From: Geosiphon pyriformis uo1
Taxonomy: Eukaryota; Fungi; Glomeromycota
Assembly: GCA_016748015.1 (NCBI GenBank)
Contig: JAAOMT010000721.1
Coordinates: 50,634-99,581, forward strand
DNA: 48,948 nt
Direction: 5' to 3'
Part shown: positions 1 through 12,759 of the stretch, piece by piece
How positions within the stretch are numbered: the stretch's first letter is position 1
Layout of the letters: each line of letters opens with the position of its first letter
Notes under the pieces: generated by a model
Told to the model about the DNA's origin: nothing
What the model saw: the letters and a program-made list of their open reading frames with translations, nothing else
Databases searched by the model: none
Made by a program: the position numbers and the translations under genes

Positions 1-540
1 TTTTGGTCTTTATGGAGAAAGTTGAGCTAAGCTACTAGTATTTTTTACTTTGATAGCTAAAGCTTGTTAATTTGAAACTGAGAGTGCGAGAGGTCTTCTT
101 TTTATAATAAATTTTCTCAAATTTTGGTTACAGTACAGAAAACTTTAAGCAATCGCTAACGATGAAGTTAATTTGAAGGAAGCAGTGAAAGGCTCAAAGT
201 TATCATCAATGATTGAATAAAAATAGCCAAATTTCGATATATGATTGTCAGCAAATTTTCTTTTATTGATGATCTGGTAAAAAAATCAACGCAAAACCGC
301 ATTAAATCATACAATCATACTATGTATGCAATGAACTTTTCTATAAAATCGAGTAATTTGAAATTACCTGAACGATATCAAGACTATACTAACCCTGATC
401 AAGAATGAGGTTATAGAGCCTTATTTTTTTCGAAAATCACATTCGCTTTCACTTTTTTTTCCAAACCTTTATCACAGAGAAGGTAGAAATTTTCATATAC
501 ATGTACTTTATATTATGGCAAATATCGGAAAATATAGAGA
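1..540. repeat. Degenerate dispersed repeat, copy A (inverted relative to 45670-46096; truncated by window start)
   Basis: The reverse complement of 1-280 aligns by eye with 45833-46096 (shared 'cagtttcaaattaacaagcttta' and 'aactttctccataaag'). 398-520 aligns with the reverse complement of ~45690-45811 ('atcaagaatgag.ttatagagccttatttttt'). Confidence 0.85.
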
Positions 541-2679
541 TTTCATAGTTGAATGTACCCGTCAATGACGACCCATTTGAGATCACTCGTGGTACCATTT
601 CGATCTTCCGCTGATTTTACTACTTTTGCTAAGGATACAGAGAAATTTTTTTCTCACGCCTACGAGACTTCAATCAGTTCATTCACGATGTGGACTAATT
701 AGTATCAAGAAATTTTATGCCATTTAATTTTAAAATAAGCTAAACATATATAACGTTTAAACTGTGGATGATAATGCTCCAACATCCAATATTATTCAAG
801 ATAAAATAATATATAAAGTGGCTATAATACTTATGACTTATTTGAAATAGATTTTATTAATCAATCGATTAAATAAACTATAATATTAATGAAATTTCTT
901 AAAAACATATCAAAAATCTCATCAATTGTACAAAATTGATTAATCAATTTATAGAAATATTCAAACAAGCCAAAAAGCTGTTTTTAGAGGTTGATACTAA
1001 AAAAAGAAATATGGTCACTAATTATTATTTTATTAGAATTAATTCTCAAAATTTTTTATTTGTCATAACCAGTATTATTTAATTGCTTGGTTACTTTTCT
1101 AATTAATTGCTTGTTAGCTAATTAATATTATCTTATAATTAAGCATTCTTTCAATTCATTGGCTTTTTGGTCAATTATTTTTCGGATTAATCTTTTCGTT
1201 AATTAATTAATATTAACATTCTAGTTAATTATTTTCAGTTAATCATTTTTAGTTGATTTTTTTTCAGTTAATATATCTTCATAAATTACAACTGATTATT
1301 ATTTATGTATACAGTTTTTTGGCTATTAACACAATTTAAAAATTTAATTAATGCCAATTATTAATATCTTACTCTATCTATTTTTGGACCTATTTATTTT
1401 TGTTCTTAATTAAATCTCTACCAGTTTATTTAAATAAAATTTCCATTTTGTAATACAAATAACCAAAAATAAAAGACTATGAAAAAAAATACAACTACAC
1501 ATTTTAAAAGTTAAAAATTTCTAAAATATAAAAATACATTATCAATCAAATTGTAAGTAATAATATTTAAATTTTATAATTTTAAAAATTTATTTGGAAA
1601 AAATTTAGGATCTTTGAAAAAATTAAATATCATTTTAAAAAAAACTATTTATATATTTTATATTATTAATAACACTATTTATCAAATGAAAATAATTTGA
1701 TAATAATTTTTTTATACAAAATCTTTTGAATTTATGCTTTAATTCATATTTAATAATAAATAAAAAATTTAATATATTAAAATATTGACAGCTTAAATGC
1801 TAAAAAGAATATTCAACTTTTCGATCAGTTTTTTTTAATTTGTGGTTTAGCCATAAAAAAATATTTTTGACTTATAAAAAACATTCGATTAATTGTTATA
1901 TGTGTAATAACAAGCTTTCAAGAACTATAAATTTAAGAAATGATTAAAATTTTAAAAATATAAAATTCAATATTTGACTTAAATAAAAGTAAAGAAATTA
2001 ATCAAAAAATTACAAATAGGCTTAATAATTTAAAGTTGGATAATAATTTAATAAATTTTAAAATTGAGCAAATCATATTTTAAAAAACAAATTTAAATAA
2101 GAAAAAAAGTTTTTTCTATAAGTTAGTAATTAACAAAATTACAAGAATAATTGATTTAATTTTACAATTTTTTGGTTATAATTTTTCTGCTTTTGAGTAC
2201 AGGTTTGAAAAAATTAAAAGCCAGGGGAATGATCAAATTAATGGTAATTTCTATAATAACCATGGTAAGCTAAAAATAAACGGAGAATAACAATTAAAGA
2301 TAATAAACTATTATTCCTAATATAAATGTTAAATAGAAAGATTAATTATATGTTTTTTTGTCAGATTCACGATTGCTTACAAACGAAACTGAATACGAAA
2401 AAATAAAGATATTCCAAGACCTCGCTATTAAAAAATTGTACCCAGCCAAAAGTATTTTCACTATTTTTAAATAAATAATAATAATAAAATTCAAATTTTA
2501 TTGAGTTCAGCGTATTGGGTCTGATTTGGGAAACAATGTCTAAAGACAAATTTCTTCTTAAGCAAATGTTGGAAGTTTTTAAAAAAGACACATATTAAAT
2601 ATTACCAGACCCAGACTAACAATCTCTATTCCCACCTTTTGCTTCTATCACCCTAACCCTTTTTAGCATTAAGTCAATT

Positions 2680-3612
2680 ACCTTTCTATTCCAGGCAATT
2701 TGTAGCTTTTCACATACTTATATTTAATTAATTCCATAAATGCTCGATTGGGTTTAAGTCAGGAAATTGAGATGGCCAATCGAAACTAATTTCTTGCTTT
2801 TTCGGAAGTGAGTTTCAAATCATTATCTTGTTGAGAAATTTTTTTGCAGTTATCCAGCATTGTCTTCAAAAGTAAACCTAATAGATTTTTATCCAATATA
2901 TCGACGTATCCATTTTGCCGTCAATTTTTTGGAGCTCACTAACTCATGCAACCCCAAACCATAATTGAGCAACCACCAAATTACAGTTGGCGTAATATGA
3001 CGATCTTTTAATGACTCACCGGGCATCTTCCAAACTGGATTACTTATTGCTAATAATCAACTGTAAAATTTCGATATTCTTTTGCCCAAGCGGAGTCGAC
3101 GTTTTTTGCGCATAGGTGTAAGAAGTGCTTTTTTGAGCTTAATTTTGAGCTATAATCCATGCCCCCAGAGTATACGCCGTATACTTTCCACTGATAGATG
3201 GACACCTGAGTCAATTTGGATTTGGTGTTGGACTTCAACGGCAGTTGAACATTTTCCAAATGTTTTTAATCGGATGGCATTTCGTTCATAACAACCCGAA
3301 AGAGTGCGTGATCGACTAGCTTTTGATTTGTCATTGAAACTCACGGCTTCTTAATTTTTGTAGAAGTTTAGAACCGAAGCCAGGGCTATTTGCTCTGGTG
3401 CAACAATTTCTCGGACCTTGTATCCTTCTCGCAGTATTTAGTAGCATTTTTATTGTGAAATCCGAGGACTTGAAATAAAAAGTATTGTTTAACAATGTTG
3501 TATAAAGCAAAGAAAAAATTTATTTACTTTTGGCTGTGTACAATTCTTCAATAACGAGATACCCGAATCTCGGCTTTTTTTTTGTGCTCTGTTTCTTCAG
3601 TGAGCAACTGTA
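2680..3612 (-). mobile_element. Decayed Tc1/mariner (Tc1, DD34E-type) DNA transposon, copy 1
   Basis: Minus-strand translation gives QQDNDLKLTS (~2833-2804; canonical QQDNDPKHTS), DWPSQFPDLNPIEHLWN (~2782-2732) and HTH-like REGYKVREIV (~3433-3404), with frameshifts and stops. A putative terminus TA|CAGTTGCTCAC lies at 3612-3600. Confidence 0.88.
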
Positions 3613-3743
3613 TATTGAATCCACAGGTGCGTCCTAAATTTCATGTTTGGCTTTGAAGTAAGTCAAAAATTTCCCGGTTAGAGTATTGTGCTACTCTGAA
3701 ATCTATAAAATAATTTTTAAATCAAAATATTCAATTCCTATGT

Positions 3744-4085
3744 CTATTCCGTACTTTTTTCCATGAATTTTCAAGTTTTTCAATCTCTTCAAATGTTTTG
3801 CAATTGCCCATTTCAACTCTAAAATAAGGACCATTATGAAAAAATTGGTCTGGAACCTTGTCTATTGATTGACCTGCATTACATTTCTAAAATAGATGGG
3901 ACAACTTTATCAATTTTCTAGTGTAAAAAAATATTTCATAACCGGACAATTGTTTACTAACCTCATTCTCATCAAAATATATTTCGCTTTTTTTTACGCC
4001 TAAAAGGATAAAATGATTACAATCCCAATATTTCTCTTGATCCTCAAAAAAATTACAAGTGTCTAATGACTCAATCCAATAAACA
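3744..4085 (-). pseudogene. 5'-truncated duplicate of the lipase-3-like gene (part of penultimate exon, intron, last exon)
   Basis: Encodes WIESLDTCNFFEDQEKYWDCN...DENE|KCNAGQSIDKVPDQFFHNGPYFRVEMGNCKTFEE...*. This parallels WIEPLNTCDCPEDQEKYWDCN...NENK|ECNAGQLIDKVPDQFFHNGPYFKVEMGNCESF at 8688-9050, with the same intron position. No upstream exons found. Confidence 0.82.
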
Positions 4086-5652
4086 AAACTCAAAAAAATA
4101 TTTTACTTTCAAAAACTTTATTATTTTTAATAATAAAAATAGATAAAAAATTAAAGAAATTAGTTTCAAAAGATTTAATTTCATTATAATAAATTTAAAC
4201 AAAATTAGTGATTTAATTTTAAACGAATCTTTGCAATATAATTATTCTTTTAAAGTCTTGAAAGGATGTCGATAAAATTAGTTAAAAAACTGTTTCTCTT
4301 GTTTTAGACTGTTTTGTTTGTAACTCACTCATAAATTTATTTCAACGAGGATAAGAAAGATAGGAATGGTTGAAATTATAAACATATAAAATTAGTACTG
4401 AATAGGTTAGTTGAGCTTACATAATTTAGAAACGGGAAAATCTATTGATCGGTTTTTAATCTTTGCTCTTCATCCTTATCTTGGTTCAAACTCCTCGACT
4501 AGTCAACTAGATATAGTAAGATACTAACTATGAACCCAAATCTACGTAACCTTGGAAAACAAGATCGAGTTTTTGTATAATTGCATTACACGTATTATAA
4601 TTTTGAATAACATTCCAATTATAGTTTCAAATAATTTGAGTGACTTTTTTTTATTGCCTTGTTCTAACTTTCCGTAAAAAGTATTAAGATTTGCATAAAA
4701 TTTCAAAATTTGCAAGATTTCAAGTAAAAGCGCCACCCAATTTCTTAAAACCCATTTTTCTAGCCCTATCGAGAATTCTTCATAAGGAAAGTAAAAAACC
4801 GAAATGCTCTCATCTTGAACTCTAGATAATTATTCAAATAAAGGAGGAAACTTTTGATGAGTCTAAGCAATTCATTCATAAAGCTCAGAGGCAATAAAAA
4901 ATGTTTTAAATGGCTTGATGGAGAGTTACTCAAGAGTTTTTATTTTTAATACTTTTTTCTTAATTCAAATGTTTTCGACTTAATTTGATAATAGAAACTT
5001 TTTCAGGAATATAAATTCACTTCATTTTAAAAAATAACCTTTGAATTTTGAGCTTTAAAAAAGCTATATTATTAAATAGGAAAAATTTTTGCCGAGTTGA
5101 CAAAAATAAAAATTGAAAGAGACCTGCTAGTCATAAGTTTTTCTGACTTTTTAAAATTTTTTGATTAATGAATTATAAAATATTCCGCTTCTAAAGATTA
5201 AAATGTTGCCAAAAAATTAAGTATAATAACTATTTATATTTCTTGTTGTACCGTTTTAAAAATTCACAAATTCTTTCACATGGCAGATATTAGTTTAAAA
5301 TTTCACGGGCTTTCAAACATATAATTTCTTTATTTTGTTGGAGAGATGACAGATATATTCAAAAAAGAAATTAAAATGTCAAAATTTAGGTAAAAATTCA
5401 TTAAGTAAGTGATTAGGTGAAGCTTTTCAAACATTTAAATTACTCTATTTTTTCAAGGAAAAGATTGAGAATATTCATTTTATAGAAAATGAGAACTTTT
5501 GTCTCATTTAACGGAATGAATTCTCTCTCTAATGGTCAAATAGAAACCCAGAAATTAGTCTAGCTGATATTAAAAAAAAGTGAAGCATTAAGATATCTAA
5601 ATAATATTAAAAAAAAACCGCTTCAACGCGGTAAATCCAGCTATTCAAAATT

Positions 5653-6198
5653 TTATCTCCGCTTGTTTTGTTCAAAACGGGGCCAAGCACCTTTGGTAGG
5701 ACATCTTGGTTTTGGCCTCCAGACAATGTTGACACGACCTTGGTCAAGTTGAGCTAATTTTGAAAAAGCTGATCTTGTTAAATCAATATTTTGCTTATTT
5801 GGACAACCACCACATATATCAATGACTTTAACTACGATAGTTTTGACAGATTTGACATGATTTTTAATTTCGACGCATTTATAACACATTTCTAATCCGT
5901 CCATTGCCATTGCTGCAATCATGTCAGTATTTTTTGCGTTATAGACTCTTAAACCGTTACGTCCGTAGCATGCAGCGTTTTTAAGATCATTATCTTGATA
6001 AAAAGTGATTTGCGCATTGACATCGCGTTTATCAATATTGTTTAAGGTTGAGTTCGTCTCTGGAATGAAATTTCTTTCGTCCAAAAGGTTTGCAGAAGCA
6101 TAACGCCAACCATCAGGAAGTGGTTCAGGAGATGCAACGATCAACGTGAGGGAAGCAAAAAAGGCGATGAGAACAATAAAAATTGTAGAGGATTTCAT
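5653..6198 (-). CDS. Secreted RlpA-like double-psi beta-barrel (DPBB) / expansin-loosenin-like protein, 181 aa
   Basis: Intronless ORF with hydrophobic signal peptide (MKSSTIFIVLIAFFASLTLIVA) and pro-region ending in KR. DPBB motifs: ITFY...AACYG, IAAM, CYKCVEI, VVKVIDICGGC, IDLTRSAFSKLA..DQGRVNIVW. Confidence 0.9.
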   Translation of the reverse strand: MKSSTIFIVLIAFFASLTLIVASPEPLPDGWRYASANLLDERNFIPETNSTLNNIDKRDVNAQITFYQDNDLKNAACYGRNGLRVYNAKNTDMIAAMAMDGLEMCYKCVEIKNHVKSVKTIVVKVIDICGGCPNKQNIDLTRSAFSKLAQLDQGRVNIVWRPKPRCPTKGAWPRFEQNKRR

Positions 6199-8687
6199 TC
6201 TGTAAGAATTTTTCTTTTTTGATTTATTTTCAGTTCAACGCAGGAGAAGGTAATCTAAAATTTTTTCCAGCTAAAAGTTTTGGAATGTATAAAGAGAGAG
6301 GACAAATTTCGATTTTTTTTTTCTCGAAAATATATGTCAAAGGTTTTAAATTTTTCGAATATGGGAAATGAAAAAGGTTGCTGGTTGAAGGATGTTTTTT
6401 AGATAAAAATCTTCAAAAAAATTCACCCTTTAAATATCATGAATTTTAAAGAAATTGGGGAAAATAGTTCAACTATTTTTACTGATTTCTGATTGCTATT
6501 CCTCAGTATTTGTTGTTGAAGAAAAGACTGTAAATTTTTATGTTCTTAATGACACAACAATTTTTAAGGAGTGGTAAAAAAAAGAAAAAGAAAAAAAAAA
6601 GAGAGAGAAACGAGAGTTTGAAAGATTAAAGAAGATGAAAGGAGAAAGGGTGAGAGGGTGAGAGGGTAAGAAAACGAAAAGTTGTGAACGCGTAAAAAGC
6701 GTTATTATATGAAACATGATGACATTATTTTATTATTGTTATGCAGCTTGTCCTGTTCATCATCGTTTCTCAAATCTCAATCAATTACAGTTGATGTTCA
6801 CCACTCGGTTTTAATGCATTAAATTAATATTATTCATGAATTAATGAGTTAAATCAAAAATTTTTACATGTCACAACAGAAGAATTCTGGAATAACGGAA
6901 TCAAGTTCACTGGGGTAACATTTGATAATATTGTGCTTCGATCTGTTTCGGTCAAATCCTAAAAATTTACTGCGCAGATATTATATAAGGCAATTAATTT
7001 TGTACATTTTCTAGAATTCCTAAAAATTTAGACGTTATCGTATTGCTGATCTACGAACGCCAAAAAATAAATTGAGTTTGAGTAAGAGTTCATTATAACA
7101 ATAATCAAAGTGATTGGGCTTTAAATATAAATTAGAAAACCTAATCTGGTAAAAAAATTTTTAGGTAAATCATAATTAGGACAAATATTAACTGGGCAAA
7201 TAATAATTAATTAATTAATTAATTAATTTACGATTATGTGCAGTTAATAAACATTTCAAGCGCTACTTTTTTTTTCTTATCAAATTGAATATGCGTATTG
7301 AATGTAGTATAATAAAAAACTTTATCCTACACTATCAGATACACAATATCATGTTCCTCCTCTTTTTGACCTTATGAATCCATTAGTATTCCACAAACAT
7401 AGTTTGATACTGCCCCTAATATTTTTCATCGTTTTTCAACCTTATTAAGTTGACAAAAGAGTTTTGGATTTTCTGAAAGCAATAAGGGATATTACTAAAA
7501 ATTTTACATGTTATTTTGGAATAATTTTCCTTGTTTCGGTTTTATTTGAAAGACAATAACTATTGAAAAAATTGAGATTAACTTCTTCCAGGAATAACTT
7601 TTGAGGAGTGATTACTCAATAATTTTGATTTTTCTAACTTGATAAAGATATTAAAGCTTTAAATGGCAAAAAAAAAGTTTCGAAGAAATAAACAAGAGTA
7701 AAAATATATAATATTTATTTTTGAAAATAAAAATGTTTTCTTTACGTATATATGCTAACAATATTTTTATAGATTGTCTTGAAATAAATAAATTAAGATT
7801 TGAAAAAAAAATTTCGAATTATCTAAAAGTGAATTCTAAAAAAAAAAGAGCAAAATTTTCAATAGGATTAAGATCCGAACTATTGGATGGCCAATTTACT
7901 TTTAGAATCTTTATTTTTATTGAAACTCTCAATTGTTACTCAGAATAGATTGAATTTCTAGCAAATGTTTTTTGAAGAACTTTATTTTTAAAAGAACATG
8001 TAATTATTTATCAAAAACAAAAAAGATTGATCATATTTTCACATAAAATTTACCTCATGCAAAGTTTTTTACTTAATTTTTTAGTCTAGGACAAAGAGGT
8101 TTTCTACCCTTATACCATTGTTACAATTGAATCTAAAAGCAGTTTCATCTTCAAACGTTATTCGTTTCAAATTATCGTTGAAATATTTGTGAGCTCATTT
8201 AAAACACCTTTGTCCTTATACATATTGTTTTAACATTAGAGTAGTTCTATTTATATTTTTCTTGTATCCAAAGATTTCTAAATACTTTAAAACAGTTAAA
8301 TGACTTATTTCAATTCCTTTGTTTAATAGTTTGGTTACAATTGTTTGTAAAGAAATAGAAAATTCTGTCTGATATATTGTCCAATTTCTATTGAATAATC
8401 TGATTTATTCTTCTTAAAACGGCCGTTATATTGTCTTTAACTTTTTAAAATTGTATTTAATAGTTAATAATAAAATATTTTTTTATTTCTAAAATTCTTT
8501 AAAACTATATATTTTACCTTTTCGCAAATTAAAATACATTAAAATGTGAGTTTATTATTATTAGAACTTTTCAATTTCAATATTTAAATGAATTATAATA
8601 TCTTTGCAAAGATAATTTTTTTTAAAAAATATTTCAGTTTCAAGTGCAAAAATTTAAAACTTTAAAGGTTTTGTTAAATATAAATTT

Positions 8688-10270
8688 CTATGTTTGATTA
8701 TTTTCATTGAATTTTCTCAATGCATCTTCAGAATTTTTAAAACCTTTAAATGATTCGCAATTACCCATTTCAACTTTAAAATAAGGACCATTATGAAAAA
8801 ATTGGTCTGGAACTTTGTCTATTAGTTGACCTGCATTACATTCCTAAATTAGATTGTACAAATTTTTTAGTCTTTTAAATATAAAATATCACATAACCGG
8901 AAAAGTGTGTACTGACCTTATTCTCATTAGAATATTTTCCAGTAATCCAATCTTGTCTTGCTCTCCCTCTTGTAAGCTCAGAATTATTACAATCCCAATA
9001 TTTCTCTTGATCCTCAGGACAATCACATGTGTTTAATGGCTCAATCCATATTTCGATACCAAAATGTTTCCACCCCCTTGCAGCCAATGGAAAATGTGGA
9101 ACATGATCGTTTCCATAGGTAATGCGGTAATGGTAGATTACACGATTCAGGCCAACACTAAATGCGTTATTTCCAATTCTCGGAGCTCCAAAAGTAACGA
9201 TATTCTGATTAATTCCGTGCAAATTAATTTCAGGCCAAAGGTTCCCGTTTGTGATAACATATCGTTCAATTGCCCACTGAAAACCAGCAATCGAAGCGTA
9301 TGCTATTATATTAAAGACAAAATTTTTATTATTGAGAGTTAAAATAGAGTTAAACTCACTTTTGATTACTAAAAGTTTAGAAATATTTAGTTAACAAACC
9401 TCCACCAAGACCATGTCCAGTAAAAATAATTTCATTAAACTTCTTTTTGGAAGGGTCATTCAAGTGCTCTCGAATAATTCTTTTTACCTCAGGGAATATT
9501 AGTTTTACCCCTTTTAAAAATTGTAAATCAACCCGTTCGTTCGCCTCGGGTATATATGGTAGCCCTTCAAATTGTGGCGACACTAATTTTGGATTTCTCG
9601 AACTCCATTTTATCTTTGTTAATTTCTTTATGCAAAAGAGAAATTTTTGATGTTATATTAATTCATTTAATTTCTTGGTGAAAAAACAAAAACAATATAG
9701 TATTCATGAAAATGAAAGATAGTTACTGGGCTAACAAATATTATTATTAAAGCAGAAAATTTCTTTTTGGAGAATTTGACATAATTTGTTTCGTAGACAT
9801 GTGCGTGCACTAAAATATTTTCTTTTTAGAAAATAGTCTTAAAATCACAATTTTTTGACTGTATAATAAAAAATACCTCTTATTTGTAAACCAGCCACTT
9901 TTGAACGAAGGTTATTTAGTCTAAAGCAGGTCACAAAATTTATCATATATATAACACTAGAAAACATTGGATAAATATCAGTTTCAAGGTCGATTGGCAC
10001 TTTATCTTGTGATTGTGAACGTCTTATAGCTTGATTACTATTTAATGAAAACTTGGTAAGATTCATCCATTCTATTATGCTAGGAAAAGTTTGGTTTATA
10101 ACTAAATCTTGGGCAAATTGAACATTTTGAATTCCTTTTGTAACTATTACATTTTCTTGGTTCCCATGCATCCAAAAATAAAACATCCATAACATTAAAA
10201 TTGCCATTCCGATTTTAGATGTGCTTTTAAGATCGAGTTTAATTACATTTCGATTTAAAAGAAATTTCAT
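8688..10270 (-). CDS. Class-3 lipase-fold (alpha/beta hydrolase) protein with N-terminal TM anchor and nucleophile Ser replaced by Gly, ~414 aa
   Basis: Five GT-AG exons with consistent phases: 10270-9877, 9809-9727, 9625-9400, 9302-8917, 8843-8688. Motifs: IIFTGHGLGGAYA, IVTFGAPRIGN, RITYGNDHVPHFP, WKHFGIEIWI, HNGPYF. Confidence 0.88.
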
Positions 10271-12374
10271 TATAATTTGTTTCAAAGGGTGAAGAATATG
10301 TGAGAGATAAAATATAACTAAGATGGTTTATATAATCACCAAATGTGTTTATTTACTACGGAATTTTTGGGGAAATAAAATCCGATGTATATGGTTCTAA
10401 AACTTTGGTTACACGGACAACCTTCAGATTAACAGAGAATTTTTTAATCTAGTTGACAGAGATTGTTAAGATTTAAAAGAACAGCTTCCCGCCTTAAATA
10501 TTTAAAAAGCTCCACTTATTCTATATACTATAGATTCAAATCAAACTCGAAACTAAAAATGAAAATATATTATTCTTATTTTTACTCAAAAATTAAAAAA
10601 AATATTTAATTCAACATTTTTAAAGATCGAATTATCAAATTAATTTAATAATAGAAGAATCAATAATATATTACATTTTGAAATAGAAAAATGAATTTCT
10701 TGACAAAAATTTAAATTTGTATAAAATTAATTTTAAAAAAAACCACTAAAATTTTATGAATTAAAAAATCATTGCCATTATAATTTAAACAAGCAATAAT
10801 GCAAATTTACTAATTTTAATAAACTTTTTTTTAGAAATTTTATTGCTAATAAAAAAAATTAATAATTTTTTGTGTTATAATATTGCTATTTTTTATTAAT
10901 TTTAACCAAATTATTTTTAGAATTAATCGTTGACTTAATTAATAGCTTAGTTATTAATTTACATTGTAATCTAATTGGCAACTTGATCATTTATAATTTT
11001 TTATGTTAAGTATATAAATAAAATTTTTTAACGATATAAAAAGTGTTAAATGTAATTTCTTAAATAAAATTTTATTATTTTCTATTTTTAAATCAAAAGT
11101 CAATCAAACCATTTTTATATTTCTTAAATTTGCATTTATTAAATTCTTTAGCTTGAAAATCAAAAGACTTGCTTATGTAATTTATTGAACAAATAACTCT
11201 TTAAAAATTATTAGTGATTGATATTAAATTCTAAAAGCACTAATTAAGATATATTAATAATAGCTGTGTTATTTTTTATTAACAATTACAAAAAAAATTT
11301 CTACTTTTAAATTTTTTTAAAAAATATTTTATACAAATTTAATTTTTTAAAATAATTATTTGTTAATTTCTTAATATATTTTGTAACAAAATAACACTTT
11401 ATCAATTTCTATTTTAAAAAAATTTTTACAATTTTGATTTGTGCAAATAATAAAATTAAAAAATTAATCATCAAAAGAAATCTTTAAAGCAAACAAATAT
11501 ACTTTTGTTAAAATTTTATATTTAAGCTTATTAACTATATTTACAAATTATTATATATATGTTTTTGAGTGAATAAATAAAATAAGATTGAATTTTTTTT
11601 AAAATAAATAAATTAAAATATAAATAAAAGTAAAAGCAATAATAAAATAGCAATAAAAAATCTTTAAACAAACAAATAAAAATAAAAACAAAAATAAGAA
11701 TAAAACAAATTTAAAAGTGAAAAATAAATATTTTATTATTAAAAATATTATTATTATTATTATTTTATTGTGTTTTAATAAATAATTTATAAAACTATAT
11801 TATTATTTTTAATTTATTTAGAATTAAGTTTTATAAATTTTTCATGTTACAAATTTCTATGTCATATTTATTATTATTTATATTAAAATACTATTCAAAA
11901 TAATTTTTTTTAATATAGAAATTTATCTGATTTTGTTTATTTCGAATTTGTCATTTTTATATATATACATAAAGAAATATTTGGTATAAATTTTTGTAAA
12001 GTAATTTTTAAATTTTATAAAACAAATAATTATTCAAAGTTTATTAATTGATCAATATTCAGTGTTAACATTTATTATGCAGCTAATAACTTGTATCAAA
12101 ATATCAATTGCATTTATTATAATACAAAATTATTAAAATTTTAATTTTTATAGTTTCATTTTGGTAAAATATTTTATATATATAGTATTTCTGAGTTTTG
12201 TACAAATAATATTCTTTCTTATACAAAATATATAGTTTATAAGCTGAGAAAATTATTTTTATAATAAATTTTGAGTTTTTTTATAAATTATAAATTACTT
12301 TTTTAAAGATATAAAACAAACTAAAGTCTATGATAAAATGTTTATAATAAATTTGATGCAAATGTATATTCATA

Positions 12375-12512
<138 letters not shown>

Positions 12513-12759
12513 GTTAATATTATTATAAATAATATTAACCCAAAAATAGCAATCCACTTTTTCTACATTTATTACTATTGGCGAAAATCTAACGTCACAT
12601 TTCAATTCTGATTTAAGGTAATTTGTAATCTGAATAATTTTCATGATTTTCAAAATTTGTCTTTCAACTCTGTTTACATTTGATTAAGCGCTTTGCCACT
12701 TCATAATATATTTCATTCGCCATCATCTAAATCATCGAAAATTTCAAGCTCAGGAAATT

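Noticed and set aside
3050-3344. Three short ORFs as independent genes
   Set aside because: Frameshifted pieces or antisense of the Tc1 transposase relic.
7200-7228. (TAAT)n self-complementary run as a regulatory hairpin
   Set aside because: Simple repeat expected in DNA this AT-rich; no supporting context.
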